In this document: positions 37,652 through 47,074 of the stretch, piece after piece | How positions within the stretch are numbered: the stretch's first letter is position 1 | Layout of the letters: every line of letters starts with the position of its first letter | Assembly (NCBI GenBank): GCA_033577755.1 | Contig: JAVQXV010000001.1 | Coordinates: forward strand, 843-64,842 | Length of the DNA: 64,000 bases | From: Anaerolineales bacterium | Lineage (GTDB): Bacteria > Chloroflexota > Anaerolineae > Anaerolineales > UBA6663 | Reading direction: 5' to 3' | Program-made: the position numbers and the translations under genes | Notes under the pieces: generated by a model | Databases searched by the model: none | What the model was told of the DNA's origin: nothing | Seen by the model: the letters and a program-made list of their open reading frames with translations, nothing else

Positions 37652-37665
37652 CTTTGAACTTTGAA
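37652..37665 (-). repeat. 7-bp tandem duplication (TTCAAAG x2) directly after the ancestral mscL ATG
   Basis: Minus strand reads AGGAGA-n10-ATG TTCAAAG TTCAAAG AATTTGTTGATTTC. Removing one unit gives [21 protein letters not shown] in frame. Confidence 0.9.
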
Positions 37666-37858
37666 CATAGTCAGAAAGTCTCCTGAGACGAGAACAGGGT
37701 CTGCCCGGACGGACTGCCCTGATTATCCCCTGCTTCCTGAAGATTGTACTAACGTCAGTTCGGGATAAGCGCCGCCGCTTTGATTTACCGCAGAGCGCGC
37801 AGAGATATTTTCTCTTGGCTCTGCCGCGTGTGGTGGGAAAGGCGCGCACCGATGAGTA

Positions 37859-38497
37859 CTAGCGCGCTGCCGTGGAGTTGGGGCGAATCAGGTCACGCTC
37901 ACCGGCGCGCTCGGCGCGGCGGATGGCGGTGGCTGCCAGCTGCGCAATCACCAGCATCAGGTCGAGGTCGTCCTGAGTGAATTGCCGGTCAGAGACTTTG
38001 TTGAGTATCTGAATCACGCCGAGCGTGCGCCCGTTATCCAGGGTAATGGGCACACAGACCATCGAGCGCGTCTTGAAACCGGTGGTTTCGTCTATGAGCG
38101 AGTAGAAGCGCGGGTCTTGGCGCACGTCGAGGATAATCTCTGGGCGGCCGTGGGCGGCTACCGCGCCGGCGATGCCCTGGCCAGGCGGCAAGCGGTAGCC
38201 GACGAGCGAGTTGGAGGCCGCGCCGCGCACAACGGTGAAGACTAACTCTCCGGTCGTCTCATCCATCAACAAGAGTGAGCCGTCCGACGCTTTCAGGGCT
38301 GCCAGCGCCGAGTCGAGGATGTTGGAGAGCAACCGATAGACGTCAGTGTCGGCGTCAATCGCCTGCGAGAGGTAGTACAAGGCCGAGAGCGCATGCACGG
38401 ATTCGCGCAGTGCACGCAGCTCGTCGCGCAGATCGCGATTTTCTTCGGTCAGCCGCTTGCACTCCTCGCGCAGAAAGCGCATGCTTTCGTCGGTCAT
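37859..38497 (-). CDS. GAF-domain protein with N-terminal coiled coil
   Basis: 212 aa. GAF core (GIAG....G....I.DV..DPRF, VCVPI). Confidence 0.75.
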   Translation of the reverse strand: MTDESMRFLREECKRLTEENRDLRDELRALRESVHALSALYYLSQAIDADTDVYRLLSNILDSALAALKASDGSLLLMDETTGELVFTVVRGAASNSLVGYRLPPGQGIAGAVAAHGRPEIILDVRQDPRFYSLIDETTGFKTRSMVCVPITLDNGRTLGVIQILNKVSDRQFTQDDLDLMLVIAQLAATAIRRAERAGERDLIRPNSTAAR

Positions 38498-38559
38498 CGT
38501 TCATCGTTGCGTGGCTAAACCTTCGGCTCGGACAACTCCGAGCCGAAGGATAGGAACGC

Positions 38560-38763
38560 TTACTCTTCGCCGGCTTCACGGCGGCGGCGCTTGTTGAGGC
38601 GGCGGATCGCCTTCTTCTTCTCAATCCGGCGCACTTCGCTCTTCGAGACAAACCAGCGCTTGTTACGCAGTTGTGTCAGGATGCCGCTGCGCATCACCTT
38701 CTTCTTGAAGCGTTTGAACAGCTGGTCCTGCGTCTCGTTCGGTCGCAGCACGACCTTGGTCAT
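38560..38763 (-). CDS. rpsU: 30S ribosomal protein S21
   Basis: MTKVVLRPNE..FKRFKKKV..SGIL...R..R.F.SKSE. GGAGG lies 8 nt upstream of ATG 38763. Confidence 0.9.
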   Translation of the reverse strand: MTKVVLRPNETQDQLFKRFKKKVMRSGILTQLRNKRWFVSKSEVRRIEKKKAIRRLNKRRRREAGEE

Positions 38764-38894
38764 CGGTTTCACCTCCCTTCTCAGTCAGTCTCTCCATATC
38801 TTTCCTTGCGTGTTCGTGTAAGCGTTGGTCGGTTTGCTAACGTTGGATGGCGATGAACGTCCGAGAGTGTACCGTGAGGCCGGAAGGCTGTCAA

Positions 38895-39446
38895 TTACTC
38901 GGGCACCACGTCGGACGGCTGAGCCTTCCACACCTTCGTGGCGCGATCAATGAACAACACACCGTCGAGATGGTCAATTTCATGCTGAAAAATCCGGGCC
39001 AGCCAGCCCTGCGCCTTAATCTTGATGGGGCGACCCTGGCGATTGAAGGCCTTGACGGTGACGGCGCGATGGCGCAGGACGTTGCCAAAGTAGCCGGGTA
39101 GGGAGAGACACCCTTCCACGCCTTCGACCTGTTCCTCTGACCGGGCGGTGATTTCCGGGTTGATGACCACGTACAACTTAGGGGGCGGCGGCTCAGCGTC
39201 CTCAGGCAGGTCTTCCGAGCCGGGGGCATACTCGACCACAGCCACGCGCTGGCTCACGGCCACCTGCGGCGCGGCCAGCCCCACGCCCGGCGCAGCGCGC
39301 ATCGTCTCAATCATGTCATCAATCAGTTGCTGTAGGGCCGGGTCTTTGAAGTCCCTCACGGGATGGGCTTTGCGCCGAAGCACCGGGTTATCGGGGGTGA
39401 TGATGGTACGAATCGGCATGAGCGCGGTTCGGGTCGGTTCGGTCAC
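38895..39446 (-). CDS. def: peptide deformylase
   Basis: Motifs GVGLAAPQ, EGCLSLPG, HEIDHLDG. GTG at 39446 overlaps the upstream stop (GTGA). Alternative ATG at 39419 (MPIRTI...). Confidence 0.93.
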   Translation of the reverse strand: MTEPTRTALMPIRTIITPDNPVLRRKAHPVRDFKDPALQQLIDDMIETMRAAPGVGLAAPQVAVSQRVAVVEYAPGSEDLPEDAEPPPPKLYVVINPEITARSEEQVEGVEGCLSLPGYFGNVLRHRAVTVKAFNRQGRPIKIKAQGWLARIFQHEIDHLDGVLFIDRATKVWKAQPSDVVPE

Positions 39447-41113
39447 CGGTGCGCCTGATTTTGCTGCAAGTCTTGCACGGCGAGGTAGTAAGCGCTCAAC
39501 ACGTCGGTGAGTTCTTCACGGCGGCGGAGTGCCTCCTGCCGTGCCAGGCGGGCCTTGAAGGCCTCAATGCGGCGCTGGATATCTTCCTGCACATTGAGCG
39601 GGTCATACACGTCAATAAAATAGAATTCCTTGCCGGGGATGGTGGCGACGACGTTGCCGAAGTTGAGCAGCCGGCCAATCAGGTTGACACGGTCGGAGCG
39701 CAGGCCCTGGATGTGGGTCAGCAGGGCCGAGTCGCGCGTTTCGCGGCCCAGTGGTGTGCGGTGAATGCTGACAATTTGATCCGGCCTGACCTGATACAAG
39801 TCGTTGCGCCAGTCCTGAAACTCGTACAGCCACCAGCCAAAGGAGAAAATGAAGAGAACCGCGCCGATCAGCAGCGTGACCTCCAACGTCAATGGTTCGG
39901 GTAGCCTGAGTTGGCCGATGATGGAGAACACTCCGACTGCCGCCGCACCCAGCAACACCACCGAGGGCCAGAAGACGTGAGTCAACAATCTCCACCAGTG
40001 TTTGCGATAGATGATCGTATCGCCCTCTTCGTAGCGCAGCTGAAGCGAAAAGAACTGCTGTAGCTGCCGACCCAGCGGCGCGCTGCGGCGCTCCCGGCTG
40101 CTTTGGACTGCGAGCCGCTCCGGCTTTGGCTCGGCCACCGGCGGCTGAATGCGATCACGGATGGCCGCGCGCAACATCTCGACCTCGGACTGCCGCGCGC
40201 GTTGCCTTGCCCGGATAATCTGCTCCTCAATCAGCGCAGCCACAATCTGCGGATAAGCAATCGCCTGAAGCGTCATCGGCTTGGCCAGGGTGTACACCGA
40301 GACATCACCGTACTCGAGCAGCCGGTCTGCAAAGCCGGCGGTCTCCACGCCAACGGACGTAAGCTCACCCATTCTCAAGATGAGCCGGCTGTCGTACAGC
40401 AGCACTACCTTCTCCACGTACACCACGCGCTGGTTCGTGACCACGTAGAAATCATTGCCCCAGTCCACATAAACCAGCGCCATCCAGGCAACGGTCAGGG
40501 CGGCCAGAAACAGCAGGGGGCCGATGAGAAAACCCAACCCCAGGTACCAGGCCGGTGCCGCACCCAGTAGGATGAACAGCAGCACTGCGCCGGGTAGCAG
40601 TTGCCGTTGCCATAAAACCCAATCATGGCGACGGATAATCAGGGCAACCGACTCGTTCGGAGCAATCCACTCCCAGGGACGGCTCTGCAACCACCGGCGT
40701 GTCTCGGTCATCAGGCGCAGACCCTCGCGCACATATGGCTGCTGCTCGGCCAGCTTCTTCAACTCTTCGCCGCTCAGGCGCAGCAGGGACACGTCCTTAC
40801 CTATCGCATTGGCGGTGTAAGGATGCAGGCCGTCTTCCAGCAGAGCCTCCGCACCGAAAAAATCGCCCGGCTCCAGAATCACATCACGGCGGCCCTGTGA
40901 CCAGGAAAGACGTACCTTGCCCTTGTCCACCACGTAGAACCACTTGCCGGTTTCGCCTTCGATGCAGATGGGGACGACAGGGTCAGGCGTTTCACGTTCA
41001 AACAGGCGCGTCAGTTCGGCCAGCTCCATGTCCGACAGGCTCTTGAAGAGGTACATCGGGCGGAGGCGGTTATAGACCAACAGCGCGCGCCGATCGAGCG
41101 GAATGGCTTCCAT
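39443..41113 (-). CDS. cyclic-nucleotide-binding domain protein with TM segments and bPH/YdbT-like (DUF304) modules
   Basis: N-terminal CAP_ED-like fold (F..L....L..L......G..I..EG.....FYVV..G.V...). Followed by paired TM helices and repeated PH-like segments. Confidence 0.7.
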   Translation of the reverse strand: MEAIPLDRRALLVYNRLRPMYLFKSLSDMELAELTRLFERETPDPVVPICIEGETGKWFYVVDKGKVRLSWSQGRRDVILEPGDFFGAEALLEDGLHPYTANAIGKDVSLLRLSGEELKKLAEQQPYVREGLRLMTETRRWLQSRPWEWIAPNESVALIIRRHDWVLWQRQLLPGAVLLFILLGAAPAWYLGLGFLIGPLLFLAALTVAWMALVYVDWGNDFYVVTNQRVVYVEKVVLLYDSRLILRMGELTSVGVETAGFADRLLEYGDVSVYTLAKPMTLQAIAYPQIVAALIEEQIIRARQRARQSEVEMLRAAIRDRIQPPVAEPKPERLAVQSSRERRSAPLGRQLQQFFSLQLRYEEGDTIIYRKHWWRLLTHVFWPSVVLLGAAAVGVFSIIGQLRLPEPLTLEVTLLIGAVLFIFSFGWWLYEFQDWRNDLYQVRPDQIVSIHRTPLGRETRDSALLTHIQGLRSDRVNLIGRLLNFGNVVATIPGKEFYFIDVYDPLNVQEDIQRRIEAFKARLARQEALRRREELTDVLSAYYLAVQDLQQNQAHR

Positions 41114-41157
41114 AGCACAAGCATTCTAGCACGCGGCAGAGTCCATTGCAAAAAATG

Positions 41158-41291
41158 GTGTGCACGCAAAGGTTGTCAGGAAACCGGCCACCCCTTCGTC
41201 CTGCGGAGGCTTCGCTTCGCGAAGCCATGCTCAGGATGTCCTGCGCGACAGGTACCCTGAGCGGACGCTGAGCGAAGCCAAAGCGGTAGTC
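41158..41291 (+). repeat. R1 repeat, one-ended expanded-type copy
   Basis: Left terminus plus the internal segment, collinear with 32441-32590. Right terminus absent. Confidence 0.8.
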
Positions 41292-41659
41292 ATCGCTAAG
41301 CTCCGGTGCCATGAGCCGGGCGAGCAGGTTTTAGCGCGAGAAGAAGCGATGCGCCGGCGAATTGATCCCGGTCTGCAACGCGAACTGGGCCGCTTTCAAC
41401 TCGGCCCCCGCCGGTTGAAGCGCTGCCTTTCCACCTCCTCGCTTTGTTACCGGTTTTCCCGGCGCGCATATTGCCCTTGAGACATTTCAAAGTGGGTTGT
41501 TACAGTGCTTCTTTAAGTGTAAGGGAAGCAGTTCACACTCCACAAAACCGGCAAGTTGAGCGAGGCCGAGGAGCGCCTGCTCTTCCCAAGCGTCATTATG
41601 ATGTTGATGCTCAAGCGCTTACGTGGGTAACGCGCGCGGTTATGCGTATAATCAGGCAC

Positions 41660-42319
41660 ATGCCGACCTTTTACGACGACGCCCACGCCCACTACTTCAC
41701 CGAACTTTTCGCTCCGCATGACGCAGTCCTTCAGCACATCTACGATAACATCCCCAAACGCGGCCTACCGGCCATCACCATTCGGCCAGAGGAGGGTCGC
41801 TTTCTTCAATTTCTGGCTCGGGCCTGCGGCGCACGCCTGGCGGTGGAGATTGGGACGCTGGGCGGTTACAGCGGTGTGTGGATCGCGCGGGGCCTGCTGC
41901 CGGGCGGCAGGCTGATCACGCTGGAGAAAGAGCCGCATCACGCCGAAGTCGCCTGCGAGCACTTTGCGCTGGCCGGCCTGAGCGACCGGGTCGAACTCCG
42001 ATTGGGCGATGCGCATGAACTGCTGCCCACCTTGTCCGCTGAAGGCCCGTTCGACTTCTGCTTCATTGATGCCGAGAAGAGCGGCTACGATGCCTATCTC
42101 AACTGGGCGCTGGCGAACGTGCGGCCGGGGGGCGTTATCGCCGCGCACAACGCCTTCCGGCACGGCGCCATCGTTGACGCCAAGAACGAAGAGCCGGAAA
42201 CGCTGGCCATGCGCGCCTTCATCCGGCGCTGGGCTACCGAGCATCGGCTCCTCAGCACTCTCTATCCTGCCGGCGACGGCACCCTCATCGGGATAGTAAC
42301 CTTTGATGCTGGTTTTTAG
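41660..42319 (+). CDS. class I SAM-dependent O-methyltransferase (Methyltransf_3 / caffeoyl-CoA OMT-like)
   Basis: Start trimmed to MPTFYDD. Motifs VEIGTLGGYSG and FIDAEK. TATAAT at 41646-41651 lies only 8 nt before this ATG. Confidence 0.8.
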   Translation: MPTFYDDAHAHYFTELFAPHDAVLQHIYDNIPKRGLPAITIRPEEGRFLQFLARACGARLAVEIGTLGGYSGVWIARGLLPGGRLITLEKEPHHAEVACEHFALAGLSDRVELRLGDAHELLPTLSAEGPFDFCFIDAEKSGYDAYLNWALANVRPGGVIAAHNAFRHGAIVDAKNEEPETLAMRAFIRRWATEHRLLSTLYPAGDGTLIGIVTFDAGF

Positions 42320-42626
42320 AGAGTGAACTCGGCAATGGACATCTGGTGAGGCATGGCGTGTGCGTGTGGATGGAGAGAGTGGAATAAATCCAGGAGCACA
42401 TTGAACATCGCCGAGATGAAGGCCAAACGAGATTGAAGGTATTCCGCCAGGCGATGACGGGTTTTCTTCAGGCCGCAGACCACCGTCAGTAACAAAAAAG
42501 CGGTTTCCGGGCACATCCGCTCATTCCGGGTTCTCCGCTTGCAAATCTTCCTGTTCTCCGGAATGCCGTACCCATGCCATTTCAAATCAACTCATTGCCA
42601 GAGAGTTATGAAGGTGCCACAAGCGC

Positions 42627-43364
42627 ATGCTAGCACACGAACGCAAAGCCCGGTCAGCGGCCCTACTAAAATCTACACAAACCTACATAGACGAACCGGC
42701 AGGTGTTAAGTACATTCTGGGAGATTACGGAGTGAGTTCGGAAACACACAGCGATTGGCTGGGTCTGAGTGAAGCGGCAGCGCTTTTGGGTGTCCATCCT
42801 TCCACGCTGCGTCTCTGGGCGGACCGAGGTGATGTGCCGGCGCATCGCACCAACGGTCGCCACCGGCGCTTCCGGCGCGCGGATATTGAAGCCCTAGCCG
42901 CAGTGCGCAGCGAAGCTCGCCCGTTATCCGGGCAGCTCGTTGTTCAGCATGCGCTGGGCCGGACGCGGATGCAGTTGGCCGAGGGACGGCTGAGGCAGGC
43001 TGACTGGTACCGGCGGCTCGACGAACCACGGCGGCACGCTTTCCGCGAGGCGGGCCGGCGCTTGTTGAGTGCACTGCTGCGCTATCTCGATGATGAGAGC
43101 GAGGCCGCCTTAGCCGAAGGCGTGGAGATCGGCCGGGAGTACGAGCGGCTGGGACGCGCCGCCGGTTTATCGCTGACCGAGAAGGTGCGCATGTATCAGT
43201 ATTTCCGCGACTTTCTTTACGACAGCGTGGTGGATGTGTATCAGGCCATCGGGCAGCGCATCCCTCGTGAGTGGGCGCGTATGCATCATCGTCTCTCGGC
43301 GTTTACGAACGCGGTGCTGATTGCTGTGGTGGAGGCGCACGAGCAGGCCGAGCGGCCAGGGTAG
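42627..43364 (+). CDS. helix-turn-helix (MerR/excisionase-type) DNA-binding protein
   Basis: LSEAAALLGVHPSTLRLWADRGDVPAHRTNGRHRRF, followed by a helical C-terminal domain. Start uncertain; the 5' part is lower GC. Confidence 0.6.
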   Translation: MLAHERKARSAALLKSTQTYIDEPAGVKYILGDYGVSSETHSDWLGLSEAAALLGVHPSTLRLWADRGDVPAHRTNGRHRRFRRADIEALAAVRSEARPLSGQLVVQHALGRTRMQLAEGRLRQADWYRRLDEPRRHAFREAGRRLLSALLRYLDDESEAALAEGVEIGREYERLGRAAGLSLTEKVRMYQYFRDFLYDSVVDVYQAIGQRIPREWARMHHRLSAFTNAVLIAVVEAHEQAERPG

Positions 43365-43538
43365 CACCGTGCCCCAATTTGCTTGTAACAAAACGGACGG
43401 CCTAGCCCAACGTTGCAACACCGTCGCCTCTGCACGGTTATGCCGGCGATGGTTGCAATGAAATTCGTCTTCATTGCCGCCGGGACTTTGCCCAGCTTCG
43501 CGCTGCATCGCTAATCCCCTTTCGCTGGAGCAGTCTGC

Positions 43539-44285
43539 ATGCCTCTGAATTTCATCCTGCCCTTTCTTGCTTCCATCATCATGTTTGCTTTTACTGTGAT
43601 TGTGATTCGGCGTTATCTCAAACGCCGGACGCTGCATCTTCTCTTCTGGGGCCTCGGTCTGGCAATGTTCGGCGTGGCCACGTTTGCCGAGGCATATCTC
43701 GCCCTGGCCTGGAACCCCTGGATGTTCTTCACTTGGTATCTGTTCGGCGCGGCGCTCACTGCCGGCTGGATCGGTCAGGGAACGGTGTATCTTCTCCTCC
43801 ATAAACGCTGGGCGCATGCGCTTACCGCAGTCCTTATCCTCGGCAGCCTCATCACGACTGCGCTGATGCTGCAGGTGATGCCCAAGCTGGACGCTTCGCG
43901 CTTCATACCCGCACATCCCATCAGCGAGCAATACCGCACCATCATGCCTCCTATTGAGGCTGGCGCGACGGTGCGGCTGACGACGCCCTTTTTCAACATC
44001 TACGGCCTGATCACGCTGGGCGGCGGAGCGCTTTGGTCGGCGTATCTTCTCTGGCGCAAGCGCGCGCTGCCCAGCCGCGTCATCGCCAACGTGCTCATCG
44101 CGGCCGGCGCTTTCTCCGTCGGCCTTACCGGAACCCTCACGCGCCTGGGCTATGGCTCGCTGCTCTACCTGGGTGAGCTATTTGCTGCGACGCTGATGTT
44201 TGCCGGCTTCATGCTGGCCGCCCGTCCTCAACCACAGGGAGCTGCTTCACCTGCGCCGGCCCGGCAGATGTCACCCAACGCGTGA
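43539..44285 (+). CDS. hypothetical multi-pass membrane protein
   Basis: 248 aa, about 7 hydrophobic helices. Ends 10 nt before the hemH ATG. Confidence 0.6.
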   Translation: MPLNFILPFLASIIMFAFTVIVIRRYLKRRTLHLLFWGLGLAMFGVATFAEAYLALAWNPWMFFTWYLFGAALTAGWIGQGTVYLLLHKRWAHALTAVLILGSLITTALMLQVMPKLDASRFIPAHPISEQYRTIMPPIEAGATVRLTTPFFNIYGLITLGGGALWSAYLLWRKRALPSRVIANVLIAAGAFSVGLTGTLTRLGYGSLLYLGELFAATLMFAGFMLAARPQPQGAASPAPARQMSPNA

Positions 44286-44295
44286 GTGTGCTGCC

Positions 44296-45393
44296 ATGAA
44301 AGTCAAAACCGCCATCGTCATGCTCAACCTGGGCGGGCCACAGAATCTGCAAGCGGTCGGCCCCTTCCTGCGCAACCTGTTTGCCGACCGTGAAATCATC
44401 CCGCTGCCTGCTCAGAGCGTGCTCGGTCCACTCCTCGCCCGCCTGCGCACCCGGCGGGTGCAGGAAAACTATCGCGCCATCGGCGGCGGTTCGCCCCTGC
44501 TACATTGGACGGAAATCCAGGGACGCGGCCTGGTGGCCTGGCTCGATCGGCTCTCGCCCGAGACTGCACCCCACCAGTTCTATGTGGCGTTTCGCTACGT
44601 CGAGCCGTACAGCGAAGACGCGCTGCGCCGAATGCAGGCCGACGGCGTGCAGCGCGCCGTCGCATTCACACAATATCCTCACTTCTCCTGCGCTACCACC
44701 GGCTCAAGCCTGAATGAACTTTGGCGCGCTGCCCAGCGCCTTGGTCTGGAGAACGCCTTTCGTTGGAGCGTAATTGACCGCTGGCACAACCATCCCGGCT
44801 TCATTGCCGCCATGGCGCGCGCCGTTCGGGCCGGGCTGGCGCAATACGCGGAGGACGTCCGCGACGAAGTGGTGCTGCTGTTCAGCGCACATTCACTGCC
44901 GCTCAGCATCATCAACCGCGGCGATCCCTATCCGGCAGAGATCGGCGCGAGCGTACAGGCGGTGATGGAGCAGCTCGGCTTCTCGCATCGCTATCTGCTG
45001 TCCTACCAGTCATCGGTGGGGCCGGTGCAGTGGCTGGGGCCTTCCACGGAAACGATGATTGCGCGACTGGGAGCGCGCGGCCACAAGCACGTCCTGGTCG
45101 TCCCGATTGCGTTCACCAGCGATCACATCGAGACGCTATCAGAAATTGACCGGGAATACGGGGAACTGGCGCATAGGGTGGGCATCACCCATTTCAAGCG
45201 CGCCCCTGCACTCAACGGCGATGAGGGATTTCAGCGCGCATTGGCCGATATTGTCTATAGCCATCTCCGGAACGGTGAAATCTGTTCGCGCCAATACCGC
45301 TTGCATTGTCCCGGCTGTGCCAATTCACAGTGCCGGCAAATCCTCAACCCCGCCGGGGGAGCCTCTGCGTGGGGCGCGCCGGCGGCGGCCTGA
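44296..45393 (+). CDS. hemH: ferrochelatase
   Basis: Start trimmed to MKVKTAIVMLNLGGP. Motifs PLL.WT, QYPHFS, SAHSLP, FTSDHIETL. C-terminal 4-Cys tail. Confidence 0.9.
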   Translation: MKVKTAIVMLNLGGPQNLQAVGPFLRNLFADREIIPLPAQSVLGPLLARLRTRRVQENYRAIGGGSPLLHWTEIQGRGLVAWLDRLSPETAPHQFYVAFRYVEPYSEDALRRMQADGVQRAVAFTQYPHFSCATTGSSLNELWRAAQRLGLENAFRWSVIDRWHNHPGFIAAMARAVRAGLAQYAEDVRDEVVLLFSAHSLPLSIINRGDPYPAEIGASVQAVMEQLGFSHRYLLSYQSSVGPVQWLGPSTETMIARLGARGHKHVLVVPIAFTSDHIETLSEIDREYGELAHRVGITHFKRAPALNGDEGFQRALADIVYSHLRNGEICSRQYRLHCPGCANSQCRQILNPAGGASAWGAPAAA

Positions 45394-45428
45394 TGCGGGC
45401 TGCGCCTCGCCGGGCGGCGCCCGCGCCG

Positions 45429-46823
45429 CTACTCCAGCGCCAGCACCTTGCCGGGGTTGAGAATGTTGTTGGGATCGAGCAGCCGCTTGATCTGGCGCAT
45501 CACGTTCAGCGCGCCGGGGCCGTGCTCCAACTCCATGAACTTCTGCTTGCCCAAGCCCACGCCGTGCTCGCCGGTGGAGGTGCCGCCCAGCTCGATGGCG
45601 CGCCGCACCAGCCGCGCATTGAAATCCTGCACGCGCTCGTACAGGGCTGCATCGTCCGGCGGATAAAAGACGGCAACATGCGCGTTGCCGTCTCCCGCAT
45701 GGCTAATGATGCTGCCCTTGAAACCCAGCTGCGCCATCGTATCGGAAGCGTAGGCCACCAGCGCCGGGTACTGCGAGATGGGTACGGCAAAATCGGTGAC
45801 GATGTAGTCCTGGCCGGGGAAGTAACGCAAATGCGCCTCGAAGGCGTGATGGCGCGCCTCCCATAAACGGGCGCGCTCGTCACGACCTATGCCGGCCCGA
45901 AAGCTCAGACAGCCGTGTGAGCGGCAGATGTCCGCTACCGCCGCCATCCGCTCCTCCAGCGCCGTCGCGCCGGCGCCGGTAAACTCCAGAAACAGATTCG
46001 GCGCAACCGGCAGGTTGAAACCGGAGGCAGCGTTGATAATCTCCACGGCAGTCGCATCCAACAGCTCCAGCGCGCTCGGTTCCAACCCCGCGCCGATGAC
46101 CTCATATACCACGTCGGCGGCCTGTTTTACGGTGGGGAAAGCGGCCGTTGCCGCGCTGAAATGTTCGGGCAGGGGGTAGAGCTTGAGCGTTGCTTCGGTG
46201 ATGAGGCCCAACGTCCCCTCGGAGCCGACAAACAGATGCGTCAGGTCATAGCCGGAGGACTGCTTCACCGAGCGCGAGCCGGTGCGGATCACTTCGCCGC
46301 TCGCCAGCACCACCTCCAGCGCAAGCACGTTGTCGCGCGTCGCACCGTACTTCACCGTGCGTGTGCCGGCGGCGTTATTCGCCAGCATCCCGCCGAGGCT
46401 GGCGTTGGCGCCGGGGTCGGGCGGAAAAAACAGGCCGTGCTTTGCCAATTCCCGGTTCATGTCTTTGTAGAACAGGCCCGGCTGCACCGTCACCTGAAAG
46501 TCGGCGGCGTGAATGGCGAGGATGCGGTTCATGCGGGTGAAGTCGAGCACGATGCCGCCACGCACCGGGATCGGGTTGCCTTCCAGGCTGGAGCCCGCGC
46601 CCCAGGCCGTGACCGGCACGCCGCGCGCGTTCGCGTACTTCAACACGGCGCTGACTTCGGCGGTGGACTCCGGCCAGACCACGACATCGGGGAGGACGGC
46701 GTGGTGAGCGGATTGGTCTTTGGAGTGTTGAGCACGGTCGGCCTGTGTGGCGGAGAGACGGTCGGCGGGGAGGATTTGTTGCAGGTCGGCAAGCAGCGTC
46801 ATGGCTAGGACTCCTGATGCCAC
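45429..46823 (-). CDS. FAD-binding oxidoreductase (GlcD / D-lactate dehydrogenase family)
   Basis: 464 aa. FAD_binding_4 N-domain (VTAWGAGSSLEG) plus FAD-oxidase C-domain (GTSTGEHGVG). Confidence 0.85.
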   Translation of the reverse strand: MASGVLAMTLLADLQQILPADRLSATQADRAQHSKDQSAHHAVLPDVVVWPESTAEVSAVLKYANARGVPVTAWGAGSSLEGNPIPVRGGIVLDFTRMNRILAIHAADFQVTVQPGLFYKDMNRELAKHGLFFPPDPGANASLGGMLANNAAGTRTVKYGATRDNVLALEVVLASGEVIRTGSRSVKQSSGYDLTHLFVGSEGTLGLITEATLKLYPLPEHFSAATAAFPTVKQAADVVYEVIGAGLEPSALELLDATAVEIINAASGFNLPVAPNLFLEFTGAGATALEERMAAVADICRSHGCLSFRAGIGRDERARLWEARHHAFEAHLRYFPGQDYIVTDFAVPISQYPALVAYASDTMAQLGFKGSIISHAGDGNAHVAVFYPPDDAALYERVQDFNARLVRRAIELGGTSTGEHGVGLGKQKFMELEHGPGALNVMRQIKRLLDPNNILNPGKVLALE

Positions 46824-46868
46824 AAGTCTTTCACAGAGAGGCTACTACCTTCGCTCCGCCCTTACCTG

Positions 46869-46971
46869 GTGTGCACGCAAAACATGTCAGCCGCACCCTG
46901 AGCGGACGCTGAGCGAAGCCGAAGCGGCAGTCGAAGGGGCGGCACGTTCCTGACAACCTTTGCGTGCACAC
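46869..46971 (-). repeat. R1 repeat, full copy
   Basis: GTGTGCACGCAAAACATGTCAG...CTGACAACCTTTGCGTGCACAC. Confidence 0.9.
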
Positions 46972-47074
46972 CTTGCCTGAAAAGGCTACAGCTATCCGCT
47001 TGGGAGCGGTAAAATCCTTTCGCTGCGGAGCGTTGGTCTGGCCGCAGGCTATACAATCCCGGAGTAACCAGAAC

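Noticed and set aside
41646-41662. Leaderless mRNA for the O-methyltransferase (TATAAT 8 nt before ATG 41660).
   Set aside because: The geometry is suggestive, but there is no -35 or extended -10 and an alternative ATG exists at 41642. It cannot be supported without TSS data.
41765-42514. 249-aa minus-strand ORF.
   Set aside because: Mostly antisense to the well-supported O-methyltransferase gene, with low-complexity translation.
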